From assembly GCA_034521815.1 (NCBI GenBank), contig JAXHLW010000013.1, positions 64,001 through 128,000 on the forward strand: a stretch of DNA of 64,000 bases. The letters run 5' to 3'. Position numbers and translations under genes: made by a program. The stretch comes from Trueperaceae bacterium. GTDB lineage: Bacteria; Deinococcota; Deinococci; Deinococcales; Trueperaceae. Positions within the stretch are counted from its first letter, which is position 1. Each line of letters starts with the position of its first letter. The notes beneath the pieces were generated by a model that saw only the letters and a program-made list of their open reading frames with translations, did not search any database and was not told the DNA's origin. Shown here one piece after another: positions 36,206 to 45,496 of this stretch.

Positions 36206-36394
36206 AAGACGTATCGAAGACGTTCCGAAGACGGAAGGAGGCGTCGATGAACCCGTACCGAGATCGGCCCGACCGGCCTACTCCCGTGCACGGGACCGGC
36301 TTGGCCCCACCGACGGGGTCGCCGGTCGAACATGGCGCCGCGGCATTCGGCCGCGCTGCGCAACACCGATAGACCTTTGGAGGTAACGAACGTG

Positions 36395-37252
36395 ATGAAG
36401 AGACTTTCGACCCTATTGATCGCCGCCCTGACCCTCGGCCTGGTGACCGGCTTCGGACTCGCCCAGCGCTCCTGGAGCGATATCCAGGAGAGCGGCACGG
36501 TCCGCGTCGTGACCGCGAACGAGATCCCGTACGGCTGGATCGACGACGAGGGCGTCGCCCACGGCATCGCTCCCGAGGTCGCCATCGCCGTCCTCGAGTC
36601 GATGGGCATCACCGACATCGAGTGGACCGTGACCGAGTTCGGTCAGCTGATCCCGAGCCTGATCGCGGGCCGCGCCGACATGACCGCCGCCAGCATGGCG
36701 ATCCTTCCCGACCGCTGCCAGCAGGTCGACTACGCCCGCCCGAACTCCTCGTACGGCGAGGGCTTCCTGGTCGCCGCGGGCAACCCGCAGGACATCCACA
36801 GCTACCAGGACTTCGTGGACAACCCCGACCTGACCATGGGCATCGTCTCCGGCGCCGACCAGATCGATTTCGCGCAGGCGATGGGCATTCCGCAGAACCA
36901 GATCTCGTTCATCAACGCGAACGCGGACGCTCCCTCGGCCGTCTCTTCGGGCCGCATCGACGCCTACGCCGGGACCGGTCTGACCGTCGCGAACCTCGCC
37001 GACTCCTCCGACCGCGTCGAGATCGCCGATCCGTTCGAGGATCCCGTCGTCGACGGTGAGCCGGTCCGCAGCTGGGGCAGCTTCAACTTCCACGCCGACG
37101 CCGACGACTTCAGCGAAGCGTTCGACGCCGCGCTCGGCGAGTTCCAGCAGACCGACGAGTACCGCGACATCCTTCTCAGCCACGGCCTGAGCGACGGCGA
37201 CATCGACGCCGCCCTCGCCGCCAGCACCGAGGACCTCTGCAGCGCAGAGTGA
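36395..37252 (+). CDS. ehuB: Ectoine/hydroxyectoine ABC transporter substrate-binding protein
   Basis: Signal peptide; ANEIPYG, G.APE, TEFGQLIPSL.AGR.D, ILPDRCQQV, C-terminal LC; start could be GTG 36392. Confidence 0.85.
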   Translation: MKRLSTLLIAALTLGLVTGFGLAQRSWSDIQESGTVRVVTANEIPYGWIDDEGVAHGIAPEVAIAVLESMGITDIEWTVTEFGQLIPSLIAGRADMTAASMAILPDRCQQVDYARPNSSYGEGFLVAAGNPQDIHSYQDFVDNPDLTMGIVSGADQIDFAQAMGIPQNQISFINANADAPSAVSSGRIDAYAGTGLTVANLADSSDRVEIADPFEDPVVDGEPVRSWGSFNFHADADDFSEAFDAALGEFQQTDEYRDILLSHGLSDGDIDAALAASTEDLCSAE

Positions 37253-37261
37253 CCTGGTGAC

Positions 37262-37300
37262 GGCAGGCCCGCTTCGGCGGGCCTGCCCTTCCTCTCTTTT
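37262..37300 (+). terminator. Stem-loop/terminator between ehuB and ehuC
   Basis: GGCAGGCCCGC-TTCG-GCGGGCCTGCC followed by a pyrimidine tract. Confidence 0.75.
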
Positions 37301-37354
37301 CCACGCTTTCTTGCACGTTCCGCACCGTATTTCGCTTCACCACCGGGAGGATCG

Positions 37355-38026
37355 ATGGAAGACCTACGGCAACTCCTCGTCCCGCTGCTGAAGGGCACCA
37401 CCGTCACCCTGCAGCTGGCGCTGGCGTCGACGTTGTTCGGCGGCATCCTGTCGTTCGCCGCCGGGATCGGCAAGCTGTCGGGCAATCCGCTGGTGCGCTG
37501 GCTCTCCGTCGGCTACATCGAGATCTTCCGCGGCACCTCGCTCCTGGTGCAGATGTTCTGGCTCTACTTCGCGCTTCCGCTGATCGGGATCCGGCTCCCC
37601 CCCGTCACCGCCGGCATCCTCGCACTGTCGCTCAACATCGGCGCCTACGGCGCCGAGGTCGTGCGCGGCGCGATCCAGGCCGTGCCGAGGGAGCAGTACG
37701 AGGCCGCCATCGCGGTGAACTTCACCCGCCGCTTCACGCTCTGGCGGGTCGTGCTGCCGCAGGCGCTGGTCGAGATGATGCCGCCGTTCGGGAACCTGGT
37801 GGTCCAGAACCTGAAGGACACCGCCCTGGTCTCGCTCATCTCGCTCAGCGACCTCACCTTTAGGGCGCAGAACTATCGGAACCTCACGTACGAGACCGTC
37901 CCCGTCTTCACCGCCACGTTGTTCATCTACTTCTTCCTGGCGCTGGCGTTCATGGCGGTCATGCGTCTGCTGGAGCGCTGGATCGCGGTCCGCGTCGGCG
38001 TCGCGCAGGGGAGGGCGAGGGCCTGA
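37355..38026 (+). CDS. ehuC: Ectoine/hydroxyectoine ABC transporter permease
   Basis: YIEIFRGTSLLVQ.FWLYF.LP, GAYGAEVVRGAI, MMPPFGN. Confidence 0.87.
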   Translation: MEDLRQLLVPLLKGTTVTLQLALASTLFGGILSFAAGIGKLSGNPLVRWLSVGYIEIFRGTSLLVQMFWLYFALPLIGIRLPPVTAGILALSLNIGAYGAEVVRGAIQAVPREQYEAAIAVNFTRRFTLWRVVLPQALVEMMPPFGNLVVQNLKDTALVSLISLSDLTFRAQNYRNLTYETVPVFTATLFIYFFLALAFMAVMRLLERWIAVRVGVAQGRARA

Positions 38027-38718
38027 TGCTGTTCGGCGTCGAATGGGACACCAGTAGCAACCTCGCCTTCGCGGTGTCGATCTTCCCGATCCTCCTCCGG
38101 GGCCTGTGGGTCACGGTGCAGGCCACCGTGCTCGGAATGGCGATCGCCCTGGTGCTGGGCCTGATCCTGGCGCTGCTCAGGATGGTGCCCCTGAAGATCG
38201 TGTCGTGGCCGACCGCCTTCTTCCTCGAGTTCGTGCGGGACACGCCGCTGCTGGTACAGCTCTACTTCCTGTTCTTCGTGCTGCCCGACTTCGGGATCAT
38301 CCTCCCGGCGTTCCTCACCGGCGCCATCGCGCTCGGGATCCAGTACAGCGGCTACACCGCCGAGGTGTACCGCGCCGGGATCGAGGCGGTGCCGCGAGGC
38401 CAGTGGGAGGCCGCCACGGCGCTGAACATGCCGGCCACCCTCACCTACCGGCACGTCATCGTCCCGCAGGCGATCCCGCGGATCGTGCCCGCGCTGGGCA
38501 ACTACCTGGTGTCGATGCTCAAGGACACCGCGATCCTCTCCGCCGTCACGGTCCTGGAGATGCTGAACGTGGCGATGCTGCTCGGGGACCGGACCTTCAA
38601 GTACTTCGTCCCCCTGACCATGGTCGGCGGCCTGTTCCTGGTGGTCACGCTGGCGGCGTCGTCGCTGGTTCGCTTCTTGGACAACCGCCTTCCGAAGTCG
38701 GGGATCCCGCTCCGGTGA
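38026..38718 (+). CDS. ehuD: Ectoine/hydroxyectoine ABC transporter permease
   Basis: EFVRDTPLLVQLYFLFFVLP, Y.AEVYRAGI, PQAIP...PALGNYL. Confidence 0.87.
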   Translation: MLFGVEWDTSSNLAFAVSIFPILLRGLWVTVQATVLGMAIALVLGLILALLRMVPLKIVSWPTAFFLEFVRDTPLLVQLYFLFFVLPDFGIILPAFLTGAIALGIQYSGYTAEVYRAGIEAVPRGQWEAATALNMPATLTYRHVIVPQAIPRIVPALGNYLVSMLKDTAILSAVTVLEMLNVAMLLGDRTFKYFVPLTMVGGLFLVVTLAASSLVRFLDNRLPKSGIPLR

Positions 38719-39774
38719 CGCCGTCGCGACCCGACCGGGTCGCGGTGACGGTGCGGGAGGTGTGGCGCGCCCGCGCCCGCATCCACGGGCTGGTGCGCCG
38801 CACGCCGTTGCTGAGCGATCCGGTGCTGGGTCCGGACATGGGGTCCGGACATGGATCCGGACGTGGGGCCGGGCGGCCCGGGCGCGTCCCACGGCGTGTG
38901 GATCAAGGACGAGACGGCGCAGCCGACCGGCTCGTTCAAGGTGCGTGGCGCCGCCAACGCCCTGCTGTCGCTCGATCCGGAGCGGCGCGCGGCCGGCGTC
39001 GTGGCCGTCTCGACGGGCAACCACGGGCGGGCCGTGGCGTACGTCGCACGCCGGCTGGGAGCGCGCGCCGACGTGTTCGTCTCGGAGCGGGTGCCGCCAG
39101 GCAAGCTGGACGCGCTGCGGGCCGAAGGCGCCACCGTCCACGTCGGTGGCGACTCGCAGGACGCGGCCGAGGAGCACGCTCGCGCCTTCGCCCGCGAGCG
39201 CGGCGCGACGCTGATCCCGCCGTTCGACCACCCAGGCGTGATCGCCGGGCAGGGCACCCTGGGCCTGGAGCTGCTCGACGAGCTTCCGGAGCTGGCCACC
39301 CTGATCGTGCCGGTCTCCGGCGGCGGGCTGATCGCCGGGACGGCGCTGGCCGTCCGTTCCGCCGCGCCGGACGTGCGAATCGTGGGCGTGTCGATGGAGG
39401 AGGGCGCGATCATGCACGCCAGCCTGCAGGCCGGGCGGCCGATGACCATGCCCGAGGCGGACACCCTGGCGGACAGTCTTCAGGGAGGCCTGGGCGCCGA
39501 CAACGCCTACACCTTCACGATGGTGCGCGAGCTGGTCGACGAGATCGTCCTGGTGCCCGAAACGGCGCTGGCCGCCGCGATGCGCCACGGCTTCCGGGTG
39601 CACCGCCGCGTGTTGGAGGGCGGCGGCGCGGCCGCCATCGCCGCGCTGGCGAGCGGCGCGGTAGGGGTGCGCGGCCCGACGGTGGCCGTGGCCTCCGGCG
39701 GCAACGTGGACGAAGCGACGTTCGCGCGCGTGCTAGCGGAAGGAGGCGACGATGAGCCCCACCGACAGACGTGA
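38715..39774 (+). CDS. eutB: Hydroxyectoine utilisation dehydratase (threonine dehydratase family), +1 frameshift near 38841
   Basis: RRTPL in one frame; K.E..QPTGSFKVRGA, STGNHGRA, LADSL.GG, SGGNVD in the next frame; lies between ehuD and eutC. Confidence 0.82.
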
Positions 39775-40735
39775 CCTGGACGGCGCGCCCCGCGTGGTGA
39801 GCGAGACCGAGATCCGGCGTCACGCCGTGCTCGGCGAGGACGCGCTCGCCGCCGTCGCGGACGGCTTCGTGCGGCTCGCCCGTGGCGAGGTGCGGCAGCC
39901 GCCCGTCCTGTCGCTGGACCTGCCCGAGGTGCACGGCGAGATCGACGTCAAGACCGCCTGGGTGCGCGGCTGGGACGGATTCTGCGTCAAGCTCTCGACC
40001 GGCTTCTTCGACAACCCCGCCCGCGGCCTGCCCTCGGCGTCGGGGATGATGATCGTCTTGGACGGGGCCACCGGGCGGCCCCGGGCGGTGCTGCTGGACG
40101 GAGGCGTTCTCACCGAGCTGCGGACCGCGGCGGCGGGCGCGCTGGCGGCACGGACCCTGGCCCGGCCGGATGCGTCGCGTGCCGCGATCCTCGGCGCCGG
40201 CTCGCAGGCGCGCTGGCAGCTGCGCGCCCTCGCGACGGTCCGCGAGCTGCAGGCGGTGCGGGTCTGGGCCCGCCGGCCCGAGGCGGCGGACGCCTACGCG
40301 CGCGAGATGGCGGACGCGTGCGGCGTCGAGGTGCGCGTCGCGGCGACGCCCGCCGCCGCCGTCGCCGACGCCGACGTGGTGGTCACCACCACGCCCGCCC
40401 GCGAGCCGCTGCTCGAGGACGGCGACCTTCCGGCCGGCGTGCACGTCACCGCCATGGGCGCAGACGGCGCCGGCAAGCGCGAGCTGGCGCCCGAGACGCT
40501 GGAGCGCGCCGACGTGCTGGTCGTCGACGACCTGGCGCAGAGCCGACGCATCGGCGAGCTCCAGGGCGTCCGGCAGGACCGCGCCTCCGGCGCCGTCGAG
40601 CTGGGTGCGGTGCTCGCCGGTGACGCGCCGGGACGCCGTGACGCGGCGCAGCGCACCGTCTGCGACCTCACCGGGACCGGCGTGCAGGACACGGCGATCG
40701 CGCGCTGGCTGCTGCGGCGTCTCGAGGCCGGTTGA
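39752..40735 (+). CDS. eutC: Ectoine utilisation cyclodeaminase (ornithine cyclodeaminase/mu-crystallin family)
   Basis: GEIDVKTA, GFFDNP..GLPS, LRTAAAG, GAGSQA, MGAD, CDLTGTGVQDTAIA. Confidence 0.9.
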   Translation: MSPTDRRDLDGAPRVVSETEIRRHAVLGEDALAAVADGFVRLARGEVRQPPVLSLDLPEVHGEIDVKTAWVRGWDGFCVKLSTGFFDNPARGLPSASGMMIVLDGATGRPRAVLLDGGVLTELRTAAAGALAARTLARPDASRAAILGAGSQARWQLRALATVRELQAVRVWARRPEAADAYAREMADACGVEVRVAATPAAAVADADVVVTTTPAREPLLEDGDLPAGVHVTAMGADGAGKRELAPETLERADVLVVDDLAQSRRIGELQGVRQDRASGAVELGAVLAGDAPGRRDAAQRTVCDLTGTGVQDTAIARWLLRRLEAG

Positions 40736-40807
40736 CGGCCGCGGTATCGTGCGACCCGCAGCCGGCGTAAGAAGGTACGTCGGTGACACCTCGGACGGAG
40801 CTCATCG

Positions 40808-41752
40808 TTGTTGGACGTCGCCGCCATCGCCATCGGAATCGCCCTGCTGTTCAGCGGCGGCGAGCTCCTCGTCCGCAACGCCAGCGCGCTGGCGCGCGTC
40901 TGGGGGCTCAGCCCCATGGTCGTCGGCCTGACCATCGTCGCGTTCGGCACCTCGTCGCCCGAGCTGGCCGCGAGCCTCACGGCCACGCTGCAAGGATCGC
41001 CTCAGATCGCGCTCGGCAACGTCGTCGGCTCGAACATCGCCAACATCGCGCTGGTCCTCGCGCTGGTCGCTCTGGTGCAGCCGCCGAGGGCTACGGCGAG
41101 CTTCCTGCGGCGCGAGGTCCCGATCATGGTGGGCGCGTCGGCGCTGCTCGTCGTTGTGCTCGTGGGCGGCGTCGTGGGGAGGGCCGAGGGAGCGCTGCTG
41201 CTCCTCTTGCTTGTGGCCTACTTGCTGTTGCTTCTTCGTCGGGGCGAGGAGACGAGCGCGGTCCGCGAGGAGTTCGCGCAGGCGTACGGCGGACCCGCGC
41301 GACGCTCGACCTGGATGGCCGTGCTGCTGGTCGTCGTAGGTCTGGCGCTGCTGGTGGGTGGAGCGAACGTCCTGGTCGTGGGCGCGACCTCGCTGGCTCG
41401 CGGGTTCGGCCTGCCCGAGATGGTGATCGGCTTGACGCTCGTGGCGGTCGGGACCAGCCTTCCGGAGCTCGCGACGTCGCTGGTCGCAGCCGCCAAGCGT
41501 CAGCCCGACATCGCCCTGGGCAACATCGTCGGCTCGAACATCTTCAACGTCCTGGGCATCGTCGGCGCGACGGCCGTGACGCGGCCCCTGAGGGTTCCGT
41601 TCGAGGTGGTCGCGATCGATCTGTGGGTGATGCTGGGTCTCAGCGTTCTGCTGGTTCCGTTCCTGGTGTCCGGGCTGCGGCTCGGTCGGCGCGAAGGTGC
41701 CGTCCTCGTGGCGCTCTACGTCGGCTACGTGGCGTACCTGTACCTGGCGTGA
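40808..41752 (+). CDS. Calcium/sodium antiporter (YrbG/CaCA family)
   Basis: Two alpha repeats: GTSSPE..GNVVGSN and GTSLPE..GNIVGSN. Confidence 0.93.
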   Translation: MLDVAAIAIGIALLFSGGELLVRNASALARVWGLSPMVVGLTIVAFGTSSPELAASLTATLQGSPQIALGNVVGSNIANIALVLALVALVQPPRATASFLRREVPIMVGASALLVVVLVGGVVGRAEGALLLLLLVAYLLLLLRRGEETSAVREEFAQAYGGPARRSTWMAVLLVVVGLALLVGGANVLVVGATSLARGFGLPEMVIGLTLVAVGTSLPELATSLVAAAKRQPDIALGNIVGSNIFNVLGIVGATAVTRPLRVPFEVVAIDLWVMLGLSVLLVPFLVSGLRLGRREGAVLVALYVGYVAYLYLA

Positions 41753-41860
41753 TCGGGTTGCCGAGGGACGCGTGGGACGTCGCCTGACTCGGAGGACGCG
41801 CAGCCGCTGCGTCTTGGACCGGGCCCTGCGGGCCGGGCCGGATGCAGGTGGCCGCTATGC

Positions 41861-42548
41861 TTGGGCATGGCAACGACTCGTTCGCAACGACGCCGCCCCC
41901 GCCCTCTGCGGGCTTCGAGGCCGCTGATGGCATTTCTGATCCTCGCCTCGATGGCACTGATGAGCGCGCCCGTCGCCGCGCAGCGCGTCGTGTCGACCCG
42001 CATCATCGTGAACGCTTTCGGTCCTGCCGTCATCGGTCTGATCGAGAACGATACGGCCCAGAGCGTGGACGTCGTGAGCGTGAGCGTCACGCTACTGGAC
42101 GCGAATGGGAATTTCCTCGCCCGGCAGACCGGCGTTCCCGACCTGCGCGTGATCGCGCCCGGTGACCGCAGCCCCTTCACCGTGCCGTCCTTCGATCCGT
42201 TCCACTCGGCCGCGGCGACGGCGACAGTGGACCTGAACGTGCGTCCCGCCGAGGCCCCACCGGAGGACCTCGCCGTGCGCGAGGTGCATGCGGAGCGGAG
42301 CACCGCCGGCACGCGCGGCGTGCACCGGCACCGTCGTGAACCTCGGCGACGCGCCGAGGACCTTCATCAAGGTGAGCGCCACGGCGCTCGGCCCGAACGA
42401 CGAGATTCTCGGTACCAGCGCGCACTACGAGAACATTCGAACGTTGGCGCCCGGCGCGTCGATGCCCTTCTCGGTGTTCTTGCCGGGATTGCAGGAGGCA
42501 GCGGCAGCGTGGCTGGTCCGCGCCGGCGACGGGCGCAACGCGTTCTGA
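41861..42548 (+). CDS. Exported FxLYD-like domain protein (two repeats), frameshift near 42320
   Basis: Signal peptide; two G.[IV].N...V.V...L...N......[IL]APG...PF repeats split over two frames. Confidence 0.6.
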
Positions 42549-42702
42549 GTTCGGGCGCGCGGACCACGCGGGGCGCCAGCATCGGCTGGCACCATTCGAG
42601 GACGTTCACGTCTCCGCCGTGGCCACCGAAGCGCTCACCCGCTTCGGTGGTACGCGGCACAGGGCGTAGCGCGGTGCCGACGCGGCGTAGCATCATGGGG
42701 GC

Positions 42703-43413
42703 ATGATCCGTCTCGCCGTGCGCACGACGCTCATCGCCCTAGCCCTTCTCCTTGCCGCGCTCGCGCCGGCCCAGACGCCGCCCGATGCCGCCTACGCGCC
42801 AGGGGCGATCGTACCACGGCCGACGATGCTCGAGGTGGCGGTGCGGACCGATGTCGGGCCGCACGGTGATCCGCTACCACCGACGACTGACGTGGCGCGG
42901 ACGCGCTGGTGCGGGCCTGCTACGCCGGGATGCGGTCGGCGAGGTGTGACGACGCGCGACGGACGACGGCGGCTGAGGGCCGACGCGCTCGATGGATCCG
43001 CTGCTGAGCGCCGTGGTCGGACCACCTGACGCTCGAGCGAGGCGCGTGCTCCTCACCCGATGTCCGTTGCGACGGTCGAGGCGAGGACGAGGTGGCCGGT
43101 CGGCGCGACTCGCCGCATGGACATCGAGCAGCCCGGGCTGGGTTCCAGCGCCGTGGTGGATCCCACCACGCCCGAGCACGGCGTGTGCTCCTCACCCGAC
43201 GTCCGTTGCGAGGTCGAGGGCGAGGAGGAGGTGGCCGGTCGCGCGACTCGCCGCATGGACATCGAGCAGCCCGGGCTGGGTCCGGCGACGGTCTGGGTGG
43301 ACCTGGCGACCGGCCTGGCGATCGCCAGCGAGGCCGGCGGCGAGCCCCCGGTCCGCAGCGAGCTGGTGCGGCTCGACGAGGGGGCGCCGGACCCCAGCCG
43401 ATTCGAGCCCTGA
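42703..43413 (+). pseudogene. Exported LolA/DUF4412-like protein disrupted by indels and an internal duplication
   Basis: Signal peptide at 42703; C-terminal fragment EEVAGR.T...VWVD.ATGL.I..E.....GAPDPSRFEP in another frame. Confidence 0.45.
43006..43285 (+). repeat. Imperfect tandem duplication, period about 139 bp
   Basis: GTGCTCCTCACCCGA...GCGCGACTCGCCGCATGGACATCGAGCAGCCCGGGCTGGGT at 43046 and 43185. Confidence 0.9.
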
Positions 43414-43531
43414 CCGCGGTCCTGGCCGCCCCGCCCTGCGTGTAGGCACCACCGGGGCCCGCCACAAAGGGAAGTGACCCCGCGGAAACGGAGCCACTTC
43501 GAACTTACGAGCCGTGTGGGACGGCATGTGC

Positions 43532-43608
<77 letters not shown>

Positions 43609-43709
43609 AAGCGTCCTGGAGTGTACCGCAGGGTCTCAGGGCCGTCAACGAAGCGTGACGCGAAGCGAAGCGGGGTTGGTCTGCGGTCGAGGGCTGTAGA
43701 ATGCCGTAG

Positions 43710-45479
43710 ATGAGCGATCGAGCTTCGTCCGACGTTCCGCCGCCCGAACGCTCGGGGGAGACGCTGTGGGTGGTCGACGTGACCGCGCCGTTGGCCCCGG
43801 GTCGCGTCCGTTGGGTCGCGGGCGAGGCGGCGGCGCGGCTTCAGCTTCCCGCCGAGAAGCTCGTAGCGCTGCTCGAGAATCGCATCGGCCCGGTGACGAA
43901 GCCGCTCCCCAAGGCGTCGGCCGATCGTGTGGCGGAGGTGCTGGACCTGGCCGGCGCCGAGGTCGCCATTCGCGCTGCCGGCTCCGCGGACGGCGGACAT
44001 GCTTCCGTGGAGGGCCGCGAGCCTAGCGAGCCAGCCGCCGGTGGCGCTGCGTCGGAGAGCGCGTCCGAGGACGCGTCCGCACCGGAGGAGCCCGTACCCG
44101 CGGACGGACCGCAGTCCGAGCCCGCTTCCGAGCCCGATCCCGATCCCGCGTCCGACACCGCACCGGATTCCGCACCACGCTCCACGGCTGCCCCTCCGAC
44201 AACGCGAGCGACCCAGCACCCGACGGACGGCGCGGCGCGAGCCGCGAGGGACGCCGACACGGACGCCCCCGCCTCGACCGCATCCGACGCCGAGACGCAC
44301 GTCGAGGTCGACACGGGCGACGCCAGCGTCGACGTCGGCGCCAGGGAAGAGCCCCGCGGCCGGCAGGAGATCGCTGATCCGCAGGAGACCCCTCGGACGA
44401 CGACGGACGATCGGCCGACCGAGGCTTCAGCAGCGGGGGACGAGGTGGGTCCTGGGACGCCCCGGCGGGAGCGGGCCGAGGCGGCGTCACCGCCACCGGT
44501 GGGACGTCCCGGCACGACCGCGAGGGACGCGGGCGCACGCGACGATCCTTGGAAGAGCCTCGACGACGACGAGGACGAAGCGATGCTGGGGGCGTGGACG
44601 CACCGGGCCGCCTCGGCACCGAGCGACGCGGCCGCCAAGGCGGCTTCGGCCGGCTCGTCGAGTCAGAGCGCCGGTCTCGGCGCCGCGGCGCGCGCGACGC
44701 GGCGCCCAGCGCCGCCGGCGCCGGCGGCGACCGGATCGCCGGGCGGCGGACCGACGAGCTCCGTCGTTCCGCCGTTCGACCCGAGCGAATCGCCGGACGT
44801 GATGATCGATCGCACGGCGGATGCGGACGGGACGGACGACGAGGACGAGGACGAAGGATGGGCGTACGGCCTGCGGGATCCGTTCGAGGAGGCCGAGCGT
44901 CAGGAGCGGGCGATGCGTCGCTGGGCCCTCGCGTTCGCTTTGCTGGTCGCGCTCGGCATCTTCCTGGTGCTCCAGTGGGCGTACTCGCGACCCGGGCTGG
45001 GCGACCGGACGCCGCCTGGCTACGACGTGGGTCTGACGGCGTATCGCGACGGGGCGTTCGTCAGCGCGGCGCGCGCCTGGGCGCCCCGAGCCGAGGCGGG
45101 CGACGTGGACGCGATGTTCATGCTCGGCTGGATGGCCGAGTACGGTCAGGGGCGTCCCTGGTCCAACCGCGAGGCGGCCGGCTGGTACGGCCAAGCCGCC
45201 CAGAGGGGCCACGCGCCGTCGCAGCTGAGGCTCGCCGATCTCTATGCGCGAGGGCTGGGCGTAGCGTTCGATCCGGACGTCGCGGCGCGCTGGTACCTCG
45301 CTGCGGCCGAGGGGGGTCTCCCGCGCGCTCAACGCGAGGCGGCCCTGGCGATGGCCCGCGACGGCCGGCACGCCGAGGCGGCAGCGTGGCTGGACCGGGC
45401 CGCCGCGCACGATCCGGACGCAGCGGCGTGGCTCGCGTTGGTGGACGCGGCTCGCACGCTCAATCCACGTTCAGAGTGA
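43710..45479 (+). CDS. Membrane-anchored Sel1-repeat protein with long disordered linker
   Basis: TM segment WALAFALLVALGIFLVLQW followed by Sel1 repeats (AEAGDVDAMFMLG, AAQRGH..SQL.L..LY..GLGV). Confidence 0.82.
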   Translation: MSDRASSDVPPPERSGETLWVVDVTAPLAPGRVRWVAGEAAARLQLPAEKLVALLENRIGPVTKPLPKASADRVAEVLDLAGAEVAIRAAGSADGGHASVEGREPSEPAAGGAASESASEDASAPEEPVPADGPQSEPASEPDPDPASDTAPDSAPRSTAAPPTTRATQHPTDGAARAARDADTDAPASTASDAETHVEVDTGDASVDVGAREEPRGRQEIADPQETPRTTTDDRPTEASAAGDEVGPGTPRRERAEAASPPPVGRPGTTARDAGARDDPWKSLDDDEDEAMLGAWTHRAASAPSDAAAKAASAGSSSQSAGLGAAARATRRPAPPAPAATGSPGGGPTSSVVPPFDPSESPDVMIDRTADADGTDDEDEDEGWAYGLRDPFEEAERQERAMRRWALAFALLVALGIFLVLQWAYSRPGLGDRTPPGYDVGLTAYRDGAFVSAARAWAPRAEAGDVDAMFMLGWMAEYGQGRPWSNREAAGWYGQAAQRGHAPSQLRLADLYARGLGVAFDPDVAARWYLAAAEGGLPRAQREAALAMARDGRHAEAAAWLDRAAAHDPDAAAWLALVDAARTLNPRSE

Positions 45480-45496
45480 CCTGCTACGCTGCCTCC

